Shown here in pieces: positions 1 to 9,952 of a stretch of DNA of 26,034 nucleotides. Numbering within the stretch: the first letter of the stretch is position 1; the number at the start of each line of letters is the position of its first letter. The DNA is from a virus (taxonomy: Duplodnaviria; Caudoviricetes). Both the position numbers and the translations under genes were made by a program. Under the pieces are notes generated by a model. It saw only the letters and a list, made by a program, of their open reading frames with translations, was not told where the DNA came from and made no database searches. Where the stretch lies: positions 1 to 26,034 of IMG/VR virus record IMGVR_UViG_3300042516_001936; one strand, written 5' to 3'.

Positions 1-422
1 AAAGATGATGAATCTAAACTTATCGAACCACTACCAAATTTATGACCGTACGCTACTGCAAATTGAACTTCGGATGAGGAAGATGTTGCATTTTCATTAT
101 ATACATTAATGTAGTAATTTGATGAACTAGCTGCAGCCTGAGTAGATGACGTAAAAAATGTTTTAATATCACCATTATCTCCACTCCACATACCAGTTGT
201 AACGATTTCAATTTTACCAGTTACTTGGTCAAATTCTCCAAATCTTTTATAGATACCCGTGTTGATGTTTCCACCTTGAGCACCTAATTTATCACCACCG
301 GTTAAGTATTGGTTGATAATTGTTGATAATTGCTCAGATGTTAAACTACCTTGTTGTGCGTTTAAATACGCAGCTAATTCTTGAGTTAAGTTTACACCGG
401 CTTGTCCTGTAATTTGTGCCAT
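1..422 (-). CDS. Partial CDS (runs off the window), probable virion structural protein
   Basis: Not in the ORF track. ATG at 422-420 opens a frame with no stop to the window edge: MAQITGQAGVNLTQELAAYLNAQQG...EVQFAVAYGHKFGSGSISLDSSS. Begins 22 nt after the stop of 445..1074, with GAGGA upstream. Confidence 0.85.
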   Translation of the reverse strand, partial: MAQITGQAGVNLTQELAAYLNAQQGSLTSEQLSTIINQYLTGGDKLGAQGGNINTGIYKRFGEFDQVTGKIEIVTTGMWSGDNGDIKTFFTSSTQAAASSSNYYINVYNENATSSSSEVQFAVAYGHKFGSGSISLDSSS

Positions 423-444
423 ATCTTTTTAATTCCTCGTTTTA

Positions 445-1074
445 TTATCTTGGTTGTACATAGGATACTGTCACTGGGATTGATTGAGAACCTCCAGTTT
501 CGTTACCATATACGGTTAAAGTTGTCTTAATTGTTGTAGTGATATTAGGATTCGGAATGAAAGTAAAAGCCAAACCTCTTTCTACTGCTGCAGTTGTAGT
601 GATTTCATCGCCCAAGAATACTGGAATAGTTCCACTACCTGCTGCTAATCCCGAACCAACAATAGAACCTGCATTTTTGTTAGCAAGAACCAAAGTATAT
701 CCAGCTTGTGTATTACCACTTGGAGATGTAGTTGGGGTAAGAGAAACCTGACCAGAGTTCTGATTGACAGAAATAGATGGTACACCAAATTCAACTTTAG
801 GGATTTTGGTAGTACCCTTTGGAAGGGTTACTAACTTGTATCTTAATACTTGAGTTTCATCAGGAGAAGCTTCAGTAATAGGAATAGCTCTGATTGCTGA
901 ATCATAATAAGCTGACCCAAGTGGATGATCTGGTGCATACAAGGTGTAATCAATTTCATCATCACCTAATGCGAATTTTGTAATGTTTAACCCTTCTCCG
1001 GTTGCTAATTTCTCTCTACCTTTTTTTGTAAGGATAGCATCAACGGTAATTTCGGTATTATTTAAATAAGCCAT
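445..1074 (-). CDS. Probable baseplate/tail structural protein
   Basis: 209 aa. N-terminal ILTKKGREKLATG...ITKFALGD resembles the N-terminal baseplate-attachment domain of tail-fibre/collar proteins; beta-rich C-terminus; preceded by the late-promoter-like 10-mer. Confidence 0.7.
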   Translation of the reverse strand: MAYLNNTEITVDAILTKKGREKLATGEGLNITKFALGDDEIDYTLYAPDHPLGSAYYDSAIRAIPITEASPDETQVLRYKLVTLPKGTTKIPKVEFGVPSISVNQNSGQVSLTPTTSPSGNTQAGYTLVLANKNAGSIVGSGLAAGSGTIPVFLGDEITTTAAVERGLAFTFIPNPNITTTIKTTLTVYGNETGGSQSIPVTVSYVQPR

Positions 1075-1100
1075 AGTTTTATTTCCTTTTTACTTTCAAT

Positions 1101-1110
1101 ATATAAATAT
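1101..1110 (-). promoter_or_regulatory. Putative phage late promoter ATATTTATAT
   Basis: Identical 10-mer in five intergenic regions; here 26 nt before the ATG at 1074. Confidence 0.75.
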
Positions 1111-1140
1111 AAGTATTTTTTAATTTTGTAATAATAATTC

Positions 1141-4100
1141 TTATTCAACAATCAATATTGGTTCTCCACTACCTCTACCCGTATCATTTACTCTTAATGT
1201 ATTAGGGTTAGTTGTAAATGTTACTACGGGTGAACCACCATCAAGTGTTGTTGCTTGAGTTTGCTTTGAACCTCTAAAATAACTATTCTCTAGACCAGTT
1301 GTTAAATCACCAACATTTCGGTAATGATATGGAAAATAACCATTTAATGGAGTCACCGAAACAATATTACCACCACTTGGAGTAGGAGTTTCTAATCCAT
1401 TCGAACCAGTAAATGGTAAGATTGTTACTTTATTTCTAAATAGAGTTTGTGTTACAAATTCTCTACCAAGTGATTCATCATTTGGATTTATGTTTTGTGG
1501 TACATCAACTTGATAACTTTCTTTTACTTGGAATATTTTTACTCTTTCTTTAATAGTATTTCCAAAGACATCTATATAAGTTCTTATTGAATGAGAACCA
1601 CTACCAAATACACCAAAACCTGCAACTGATATGGAATCTTTATCCATGCCAACTTGAGTAAATGAATCCGATTCGTATTCACCTGTTAATGAGGAACCTA
1701 ATTTGGCATCTATGTTAAACACAATACCACCCATATCCGAACCTGAATTTACTGTCATAAATCCATATTGTGCAGAATCATCGGTAGTTCGATATGTACC
1801 TTCATAATCCGTTCGTTCACCAGTTAACTGTGATACATCAGTATCAGTAATTGTACCTTCATATTGAGGATTTGTTACAACAAATGCAACATCTTGAATT
1901 ACTGATAAAGTAACTTCTTGTCCTTCACTTGTGCCAATTATATTTACATTTTCTTGTGCATCAATAATTGTTTCATAATCACCTTTTTCAGAAGTTGGTT
2001 TTCTCCATTTTACTTTACTTCTTTCTAAAATATGTGGTTCTATTAATAAACCCGAAGAAACTTTTGCTCTTGCAGGTACTAATGATTCCAATGTATCAAA
2101 TAGAGATTTATCAATATAACGAACTAATTGAATATATTCGTTAAAGTTTAAATCAAATCTTTGGAAATAGTAATTTCTTAATCTATCCAAATCAGAATAA
2201 CTATCGTTATATTCATCACCAGGATTTCCAATATAATCGTCAACATTAAAATTGCCTAAAGATTTTAGAATATCCATATTAATCTCTTTTATTGGAGAGA
2301 AGAATAATCCCAATCTATCAGTATCAATCGGTGCAGTATCAAATGATTTTTTAGTTGCACGAGATTTGTAATCTAAATTTACACCATTTATTGAATTTGA
2401 ATTTATTTCATTTCCTTCAAAATCATATTGAGTTTCAAATCTAAACTTGTTACCAAAATTAAATCCAGTTTGTGGTACCGTTGCCGTTACATCTCTATCG
2501 TATGGAGTATAATTATATGGATAATTAGGTATAGATGTAAACCCACTTGCAACTGAAGAAGTTTGATATGTTTGAATATATGCAACATTTTTAATATCCA
2601 ATTCAACCCCACGATTCTTTGGATATTCAAAATCATTTCTAAAAATCAAATCAACGGTAGATGCAGAAATATGATTACCATCTATACCATCAGCAATCAA
2701 CGCATGGTTATCAATTCTCGATTCAGAAAGAGCAGTTGTCCATAATCTAAATTCATCAATAGAACCAGTAAAGTATGGTTGAATACCACCAATTGTTAAT
2801 TCAGAGCCACTCTTCCAAGATGTTGAATCAGTTGATAATAATAAACTCGATGACCCTTCGTTTCTAATTCTACCATTAAATCCTTCTTTGATATAGACAT
2901 CAAATATTTCGTTGCCACCGTTTGTAGTTTTATTTAATGTAATATGATAATAATCATCATAAAATACCGGTACATAATTGGTATAACTACTCGTTTCTAC
3001 ACCACTACCACTTATACTAAATTTTAATCTACCCAAATAATTAGAACCACTTTCAATTTCAAGTTTCCAACCTTCAGTTTGTGCAAGTACTTGATTTTGT
3101 TTTTGAGTTGTATTGATTCTAAATTCTACTGAATTTGGATAATCACCATTAAACTCTTTCCAATCTACTGAAATTTGTGATGAACCATTTAAATTTAATG
3201 CAGCAGTTCTATCTTCAAATGTAAATTTAGTGGTAGCATTTAATTCTGGATCTTGTGGTCCACCAAATTCCATTACCGTCAATAATGAAGCAGGAACACC
3301 ATAACAAGCCATTGCAGCATGTAATGCTCTCTTAGTACCTTTATGTTTAGTTAAATATGGTAAGTTATTTAGTAATCTTCTCCAGATTTCTTGTTGTCTT
3401 TGTTTACCACTCATAGTGGAAATTTGAGTTCCATCTGAATGTTTACCAAATGCATATTCCCATAAGAATTGAGATTTAACCCCCATATCAGCATCCCATC
3501 CAAGAGATTCTAACATATGGTAAATCAATTCATCCTTAATACCTATTTCGTATTTATGTTCTAATTTTTTAGATTGTTGTAATCCTTTGGTATAGGACCA
3601 AATAATATCAAAATGTTGACCAATCATATTAAAGAACAAGATAAATTCTTGTCCTGCATCATCATCTTGAATATGTTGTGGTAAATTATTTACAAGATTA
3701 GATGTGTTATAATAATCATAATCTTCTGCAGATGTTATAATCGTATCATACCAATCCAAAACAATTGTATCGGTTGATGCAGATAATTGAGTTCCACCTG
3801 CGCCTGGATATGTCAATCCATCGGTTGAAGAAGAAAGATATAAAAATTTTTCAAATGAATCAAAATCATTTTTTACTTTTGATATTTTACTAACATATGA
3901 ATTGGCCTCATTTACAACAGTTAAAGAAGCTGTCCAATCAGTTCCGGTGGTTAAATTTTCATATTTTTGATTATAAAATTCTATAAGTTTTATTTTATAA
4001 ATAAAATTTTCCACTCGTTCCTTAGCAGAAGAATATTTTACAAAATTAGCCCATCCCCAAGTATTATCACTATCAACTAAAATAGAACCAGATTCCACTT

Positions 4101-5754
4101 TAGTTGTAGATGAAAATTGTATATTTAAATCAGCCAATGAAAATTCCGATGAGGATACAAATTGACCTATTAAATCAGTAGATGTATTTGAACCACTTGA
4201 TATTAATTCATCAAGAATTTGATAACCAATATCATCTCCCAAATCAACACTAAAGTTTGGGGTTAACGGAGTACAATTATTTGCTATATCACCAATTATA
4301 GAAATTTGCTCAATCATTGATATTGATTGAACTTTAGAAATCCAAACTGTTTGATTTTCTTGTACTGAAGTTGGTAGAGGTTCGTATAATTTTAATACTA
4401 ATGATTTAGGTTGATTTAATTTTCTTCTAAATGCATTTCCTTCCGCATCAAATCCTTCATTATAAACAGAAAAAGTTTCAGTATCAACACCCCAAGTTGC
4501 AATTAATTTATTATCACCATTTCCAAAATGAACGTAGTGGGTTAGTAAATTGGAAATCTCATCCTTGAATATCGTGGTATTAAAATGTTTATTAAATGCT
4601 TCTCTAATATCAGAAACAACATTTCCTCTTTGTAATTTTAAATCACCTTTATCAAAAAGTATTTCTATTTCTTCAACAACTCCTTCAGTTATTTCATCAC
4701 CTTCAATGTTTGTTGGTACTAATAAAAGTTTAAATTGTATTTTATCAGTATCTTCGTTAAAAGTTGATTTAGCTTTTTCTAATACTTTTTGAACATTGAA
4801 AGTTGTTTTACCACTAGGTGAAAATCTGCCTAATACAAATTCGGTATCTTTCTTACTTACATAGATGTCGACATAGTTTGTATTTATTGATTGCCAAGTA
4901 ATATCAAAATCTACATTAAATCCTGCAAAATCTTTACCCTTAATCATTTCAGGGTAAGTGATATTCGTAATATCAGGACCAGGTAAGAATGATTTACTAA
5001 TTACATTTATTGAAACGGTTTGCAAAGTACCAATTCCACCTCGAATAGAAACTGGTTGAAGATATAAGGTATGTTGACCTATGTATTGTAATTCAGTCTT
5101 TGTTAATTTTAATTCACCCGATTTTGGTAATTGTCTTTGTATTTTACCCAAAGACATTTGCACATAATCAGTACTTTGTGCAGTTGACCGCATGACATCT
5201 ATATTATCATACGTCAATTCATAAGGAATACTTAATGGAGATGAATCATTTATGTTCCATTGAAAAGAATTTTGAGATACAACTAATATAGGAGCACTGA
5301 TGTTGGGAACATTATTTTTAGTTGTTGTTACCCCAATTAATAAACTACCACCACCCAAATCAATTTGTAAATCTTGATCTACAAATGGTGTTTGATTGGC
5401 AAATCTTGGATCATTTAAATTGGCAGATCCTTTTAATACTTTAATCTCACTTGTATATTGTGTACCGATACTTTGTCTTTCAAACTTAATCCATTTAGAA
5501 TCGGTTCTAAAGTTTATAGATTCTGCAATTAGTCCACTTTCAAATTCGGTAATATATCTTATAGATGTACCAATAAACACATCGGCATCAATCCGAATTT
5601 CAGTTCCGCCAAGAGGTTGTGTTGAGTTTTCTTGTTGAGGTGAAAATGTAAATTGTATAGTTACATCAGGAGCATCGGTTGGATTAATAACGCGAACCAC
5701 TCCCTCATTTTCTTTAAAGATAGTTGTTTTATATGAAGTGGTAATTATAGCCAT
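1141..5754 (-). CDS. Large baseplate wedge-like virion protein with a LamG/concanavalin-like domain
   Basis: 1537 aa. LNNLPYLTKHKGTKRAL resembles the KGT motif of P2 gpI / T4 gp7-type wedge proteins; FTGSIDEFRLWTTALSESRI is a LamG-like signature; lies downstream of the gp25- and gp6-like genes. Confidence 0.7.
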   Translation of the reverse strand: MAIITTSYKTTIFKENEGVVRVINPTDAPDVTIQFTFSPQQENSTQPLGGTEIRIDADVFIGTSIRYITEFESGLIAESINFRTDSKWIKFERQSIGTQYTSEIKVLKGSANLNDPRFANQTPFVDQDLQIDLGGGSLLIGVTTTKNNVPNISAPILVVSQNSFQWNINDSSPLSIPYELTYDNIDVMRSTAQSTDYVQMSLGKIQRQLPKSGELKLTKTELQYIGQHTLYLQPVSIRGGIGTLQTVSINVISKSFLPGPDITNITYPEMIKGKDFAGFNVDFDITWQSINTNYVDIYVSKKDTEFVLGRFSPSGKTTFNVQKVLEKAKSTFNEDTDKIQFKLLLVPTNIEGDEITEGVVEEIEILFDKGDLKLQRGNVVSDIREAFNKHFNTTIFKDEISNLLTHYVHFGNGDNKLIATWGVDTETFSVYNEGFDAEGNAFRRKLNQPKSLVLKLYEPLPTSVQENQTVWISKVQSISMIEQISIIGDIANNCTPLTPNFSVDLGDDIGYQILDELISSGSNTSTDLIGQFVSSSEFSLADLNIQFSSTTKVESGSILVDSDNTWGWANFVKYSSAKERVENFIYKIKLIEFYNQKYENLTTGTDWTASLTVVNEANSYVSKISKVKNDFDSFEKFLYLSSSTDGLTYPGAGGTQLSASTDTIVLDWYDTIITSAEDYDYYNTSNLVNNLPQHIQDDDAGQEFILFFNMIGQHFDIIWSYTKGLQQSKKLEHKYEIGIKDELIYHMLESLGWDADMGVKSQFLWEYAFGKHSDGTQISTMSGKQRQQEIWRRLLNNLPYLTKHKGTKRALHAAMACYGVPASLLTVMEFGGPQDPELNATTKFTFEDRTAALNLNGSSQISVDWKEFNGDYPNSVEFRINTTQKQNQVLAQTEGWKLEIESGSNYLGRLKFSISGSGVETSSYTNYVPVFYDDYYHITLNKTTNGGNEIFDVYIKEGFNGRIRNEGSSSLLLSTDSTSWKSGSELTIGGIQPYFTGSIDEFRLWTTALSESRIDNHALIADGIDGNHISASTVDLIFRNDFEYPKNRGVELDIKNVAYIQTYQTSSVASGFTSIPNYPYNYTPYDRDVTATVPQTGFNFGNKFRFETQYDFEGNEINSNSINGVNLDYKSRATKKSFDTAPIDTDRLGLFFSPIKEINMDILKSLGNFNVDDYIGNPGDEYNDSYSDLDRLRNYYFQRFDLNFNEYIQLVRYIDKSLFDTLESLVPARAKVSSGLLIEPHILERSKVKWRKPTSEKGDYETIIDAQENVNIIGTSEGQEVTLSVIQDVAFVVTNPQYEGTITDTDVSQLTGERTDYEGTYRTTDDSAQYGFMTVNSGSDMGGIVFNIDAKLGSSLTGEYESDSFTQVGMDKDSISVAGFGVFGSGSHSIRTYIDVFGNTIKERVKIFQVKESYQVDVPQNINPNDESLGREFVTQTLFRNKVTILPFTGSNGLETPTPSGGNIVSVTPLNGYFPYHYRNVGDLTTGLENSYFRGSKQTQATTLDGGSPVVTFTTNPNTLRVNDTGRGSGEPILIVE

Positions 5755-5766
5755 TTATTAATTTAT

Positions 5767-6324
5767 TTATCGTTGTGCACTATTTCTATCTCTTGAAGTA
5801 CCAGCTACTGCAAATTCAGGTGTTCTAAACTCACCGGGAGTTATTTCAGTATCACCTGCTCCTCCTGCTGAAGTTTGTCCTCCACCACCTCCGGCAGTTC
5901 CTCCAATTACATTAGTTACTACTTCTGATGAAAGAATATATGTTTCTTGTGAATTGTTTGTACCATTAACTACTGTAATAATTTTTGGGGTTAGTAATTC
6001 AGTTTCTTCGAATTTCATAACATGGGGTGTGATAAGATTAGTATTAACTCCATCAAGTAAAATACTCGCACCAATTGGAGATGAAGTTATTGTAAAAGAA
6101 ATTGTTCTACTTGTTGGTACATTAGTAACTGCACCCGAAGTATCGGTAATAGTAGTGGTAGTGGTTTCACCAAGTTGCCCTGAACCTCCTCCTCCATCAC
6201 TTTCCGAAAGACTTGCAGCATCTTGTTGAGTAGCTGTAAGTGGACTGTTTGGGTTGAATTGTCCTATTCCACCACCTGCTATAACATCCCCTACACCAAT
6301 ATTTGAAACATCTACTACGGCCAT
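5767..6324 (-). CDS. Gly/Thr-rich putative virion protein with a PEGA-like domain
   Basis: 185 aa. TITSSPIGASILLDGVNTNLITP resembles the PEGA pattern, flanked by low-complexity linkers; has its own promoter-like 10-mer. Confidence 0.6.
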   Translation of the reverse strand: MAVVDVSNIGVGDVIAGGGIGQFNPNSPLTATQQDAASLSESDGGGGSGQLGETTTTTITDTSGAVTNVPTSRTISFTITSSPIGASILLDGVNTNLITPHVMKFEETELLTPKIITVVNGTNNSQETYILSSEVVTNVIGGTAGGGGGQTSAGGAGDTEITPGEFRTPEFAVAGTSRDRNSAQR

Positions 6325-6341
6325 TATCTTAATTTTATTTT

Positions 6342-6351
6342 ATATAAATAT
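6342..6351 (-). promoter_or_regulatory. Putative phage late promoter ATATTTATAT
   Basis: Same 10-mer, 17 nt before the ATG at 6324. Confidence 0.7.
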
Positions 6352-6363
6352 TTTAATATTATT

Positions 6364-7857
6364 TTATTGTTGAGCATTTCTTGGACCTCTAGCCCCTCCA
6401 GCAATTCCATAATTAAATTGACCAGTTTGTCCTCTAGTATCTTCCATAAATCCTTCGCCGGTTGTAGTAGTAGGACCACTAGCACCACCGCCAGTTGTTG
6501 TACCGATTGTAGTACCAGTTGTTGCATTATTTGCAGATTCATTACTTTTATCAACAGAAGTTTTAGGTACATCTCTAACATCTCCACCTGCTGAAATATC
6601 AAATGAACCCTCGTAGTATGTTAATTTAAATTCGTCAAACTCATTAAATGTTTGCATACTTCCACCATTTTCAGATAAATATTTAACCTTAGAACCGTCT
6701 TTCCATCCGTACCAAGTTTTTGTTATCAAATTGGCTCCAGTTGAAGTGCGTGGAATCTGTCCATCACTTGTACCTCTCTCAAAAACACAACTACCATCAT
6801 CTTCAGTTGCAAGTGGATTGTAATTTTTTGCGTTTGGATTAGTACACCCTTTTACTACAGCTGGTTGATTTACGAATAAATCAGTATCATATTTGGTTCC
6901 TGATGTAACAGTTTTTAAAAGTTGTTTTACTTCATCTAATGTTATTTGCTCATCTAAAGTTAAAATATTCTCTTCCTGATATGATCGTTTTGGTAGATAT
7001 TTATCAATTACTTTTATTAGAATTGAATTTAAAGTTTCTACAATTTTTTCTACCGAAAGTTCTAAATCTCTTGGAGTAGAAAGTGGTTTACCATAATTGT
7101 TAGATGAAATATTCCAATCTTTATTTTCAACAAAATACTGAGCACCTTCAATTAACTTTTCTCTTAGTTGGTTTAAAAATAAATCCCAACTTTGAATTTT
7201 AAATTCTGATTGAATTAGTTTTACATAATTTTCACCCGATGTAACCGTACCATTTAATGTTAGAAATGTTTTTATTACCTCTTCAACCTTAATAGATTCA
7301 ACCATAGATTTTACGAAATAAATGGTATCATCTCTAAAATTTCTACCATCCAATAAAATATTTAATCTTTTTTGTAAATCATCATACACTAATTCGTTTT
7401 CGTCTTCCATAGGAAGGATACGAATTTCGGTACGAGATGGTGATATTTCATGAATCCATAATTTATCTTTATCAATCGTTTCCGAACCAACTCTTCTGTT
7501 TAATAAAGAAACTTGACTTTTAAAAATACCATTTGAATATCCTGCTTCAGTAATAAGTTTTTCTATATCAATAATATACTCATCCGCCCCATTCATTTTC
7601 ATGTTTGATTTGTTTTGAGTAATTAAAAAATATTTTCTAATATTCTCTATATCTAATGGAATATATCTAACTAATTGTCCTGAATCTCCTTGTGGTAATT
7701 GGTTATCATTCGAATCATAAACAATAAATTCAATCATATCAGATATACCAAGACCAAAATATGATTTACCAATTTCTCTTTCGAAAATGGTTCTATCTTT
7801 GGCGTTTACTCTAAACCCCTTTTTATCTATTATCTCCTTGAATCCTCTTATTGCCAT
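6364..7857 (-). CDS. Putative virion structural protein
   Basis: 497 aa ORF in the baseplate operon, overlapping the upstream stop. Contains LWIHEISPSRTEIR, one GCTNPNAKNYNPLATEDDGSC motif and a Thr/Gly-rich tail. Confidence 0.65.
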   Translation of the reverse strand: MAIRGFKEIIDKKGFRVNAKDRTIFEREIGKSYFGLGISDMIEFIVYDSNDNQLPQGDSGQLVRYIPLDIENIRKYFLITQNKSNMKMNGADEYIIDIEKLITEAGYSNGIFKSQVSLLNRRVGSETIDKDKLWIHEISPSRTEIRILPMEDENELVYDDLQKRLNILLDGRNFRDDTIYFVKSMVESIKVEEVIKTFLTLNGTVTSGENYVKLIQSEFKIQSWDLFLNQLREKLIEGAQYFVENKDWNISSNNYGKPLSTPRDLELSVEKIVETLNSILIKVIDKYLPKRSYQEENILTLDEQITLDEVKQLLKTVTSGTKYDTDLFVNQPAVVKGCTNPNAKNYNPLATEDDGSCVFERGTSDGQIPRTSTGANLITKTWYGWKDGSKVKYLSENGGSMQTFNEFDEFKLTYYEGSFDISAGGDVRDVPKTSVDKSNESANNATTGTTIGTTTGGGASGPTTTTGEGFMEDTRGQTGQFNYGIAGGARGPRNAQQ

Positions 7858-8891
7858 GATACTTGTTTGTTCTTATTTGCAAACACTTTATATACTAAAA
7901 TTGAAAACTTCTCACCGAATTTGTGTAAGAATTTTCCCTTATAATTTTGTTTTGGTAAAACACCCATTTCATACGCCATGTATTCTGACCAATCTTTAAC
8001 AAAGTAGTTGTAAACAAATTTAGAAAAAGATTTAGATGTTTTTAATTTATCAACAATTGGTTGTGCCCATATCCAATATCCATACATAACTTCAGGATTT
8101 TTCTGAAGTACAATATCACCGAATTTCGAATCCATATCATAAATGAATTGTGGCATGAATCCTTGATTATACATTTCAGTACAAATGATAGTACCTCTTC
8201 CTTCACTATTTCTTTCATTGAGTGCATTAGCGGCATCTGCAAAATTATTTTGTGCAGCAACTAAATTATCTTGTATTGTTGCAATAGTATTATTTGCTCT
8301 ATCAATTGTACTTTTTGATTCTTCTTGTAATGCTATAAAAGCCTCTTTTTCTGCAAGTAAACCTTGTAGAGATGCTTCTCGCGAAACTCTCTCTATAGCC
8401 TCTTTAACACCTTTAGAAAGTGCAGATTGTAAATCTAATGTTACTGATTGTAATACTTGATTTGTTGCATCTCTTTCGTTATCTGCAGATGCCCTTAATA
8501 GTTTTTCTAAATCTACTTGAATTTGTAATTGTTCTATATCAGTTTTAAGTGTTTCGTTTTCTACGAGTAATTGATCTAATTGTTCTTGTAAATCTTGTAT
8601 GTCATTTAAAGCCTGATTATACAATCTTCGTAAATCATCATAAATTGTTTTTAATACAACAGCTGGTGCTTCTATTTGCGGAGGACCTATTAATTCATCT
8701 ACAACTGTATCAACTGCTTTTACAAGTTGTTCATTATTGTAAACTGGTCTTTCAACATAACCAAATGTAGAACCATCAGTATCTACTGCAGTATCTGATA
8801 AGATAATACCTTCAGGAGTTACCTCTTGTTTTAATGCTGCTGAACCACTTTTTATAAGTTCTGATAATATGAATTCGTTACTTAATGCCAT
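7848..8891 (-). CDS. Coiled-coil protein with a distinct C-terminal IICT domain, putative virion protein
   Basis: 347 aa. Long heptad-like L/Q/E-rich middle, then an abrupt change to an aromatic-rich ~110-aa domain starting GTIICTEMYNQG; TAATG overlap with the upstream gene. Confidence 0.65.
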   Translation of the reverse strand: MALSNEFILSELIKSGSAALKQEVTPEGIILSDTAVDTDGSTFGYVERPVYNNEQLVKAVDTVVDELIGPPQIEAPAVVLKTIYDDLRRLYNQALNDIQDLQEQLDQLLVENETLKTDIEQLQIQVDLEKLLRASADNERDATNQVLQSVTLDLQSALSKGVKEAIERVSREASLQGLLAEKEAFIALQEESKSTIDRANNTIATIQDNLVAAQNNFADAANALNERNSEGRGTIICTEMYNQGFMPQFIYDMDSKFGDIVLQKNPEVMYGYWIWAQPIVDKLKTSKSFSKFVYNYFVKDWSEYMAYEMGVLPKQNYKGKFLHKFGEKFSILVYKVFANKNKQVSWQ

Positions 8892-9952
8892 TATTTTTCT
8901 ACTAAGAATGTTAAATCTCTATCTGAGAAGTATTCTATTACACCATCTCTATCTATCTTTACTTCAATATAATATTCTCTATTAGTTTCCCAGTTTTGTA
9001 AATTTAACTTAAAAAAGTTACCATTAGAATCACAACTAACTTTTGAATAATCACCAAATGGTACAATTATATCATCAGTAACAATATCTCTAATTTGGTA
9101 ATATGTTGTTGATGGTAAATATTTTAAATCATTATATGTGTAATAATCAGTATAAGTTCTTAATGGATATTTTTCTCTACCGAACACTCTAATTTCAGGT
9201 TTACTATCTTGTTTATATCTACTTTTTAATCGTTTAAATGTCACATGAATATCATCAGATGTAAGTTCGGTAAGTGAACCAGTTGTAAAACTAGAATCAT
9301 CCCAACCAATTCTTATTTTTGGTTGATATATTGTATTTGTTTCTTTTGAGAAGAATTTTAATTGACCGTAATCATTTTGGTCATTTTCAAACTCAGAATC
9401 GTATTTAATAATAAATCCATTATTTGGAAGTGAACCACTTAACCATAATTGAATTGTATTTTTTACATCAATTGATAAATCAGCTGTTTGGTATTCAAAT
9501 GATTGGGTGGATTGAGAACTTGTATACCAAGTACCCCCTCTACCATTGTAAGAACCAGTAGAATCCAATGAAAGGGATTCTGCTAATAACCAATTGGTGT
9601 TAGTTGATTTATGATTCCACGTTATACCATCTCCTGAAATTTCATCAAATCGTGTACCTATACCCATTTCCCAAGATTGAGAAACTGGATGGAGATATAT
9701 TGTATATGATAAAGGAATTTCAGATGCCTCTGCCTCATGTAAAATGAGTTCGGCTGAACTCATAGTTATTTGTCCGTTTACTATTGATGATGAAAGTGAA
9801 TTCAAATTAAATTGAATAAAAGAACGAGCAACATCTTTAAGATTTCCATAATAAGTTTTAGAAACTTCTAATATTTCATCTAATCCAGTATTCTGAGTTG
9901 GTTGTTGTAAATATATTGATGCATCTTTTGATGCCGTTAAAAAATGATACAT
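8891..9952 (-). CDS. Putative baseplate-associated structural protein (DNRLRE-like beta-sandwich)
   Basis: 353 aa. Pattern KDASIY...RSFIQFNL...SAELILH...W...NNGFIIK...FFSKE...PKI resembles DNRLRE domains; TAATG-coupled to the gp6-like gene. Confidence 0.6.
   Translation of the reverse strand: MYHFLTASKDASIYLQQPTQNTGLDEILEVSKTYYGNLKDVARSFIQFNLNSLSSSIVNGQITMSSAELILHEAEASEIPLSYTIYLHPVSQSWEMGIGTRFDEISGDGITWNHKSTNTNWLLAESLSLDSTGSYNGRGGTWYTSSQSTQSFEYQTADLSIDVKNTIQLWLSGSLPNNGFIIKYDSEFENDQNDYGQLKFFSKETNTIYQPKIRIGWDDSSFTTGSLTELTSDDIHVTFKRLKSRYKQDSKPEIRVFGREKYPLRTYTDYYTYNDLKYLPSTTYYQIRDIVTDDIIVPFGDYSKVSCDSNGNFFKLNLQNWETNREYYIEVKIDRDGVIEYFSDRDLTFLVEK

Noticed and set aside
5755-5769. Read-through fusion of the 185-aa and 1537-aa ORFs (same frame)
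   Set aside because: The junction reads TAA ATA AAT TAA TAA ATG, with three stops.
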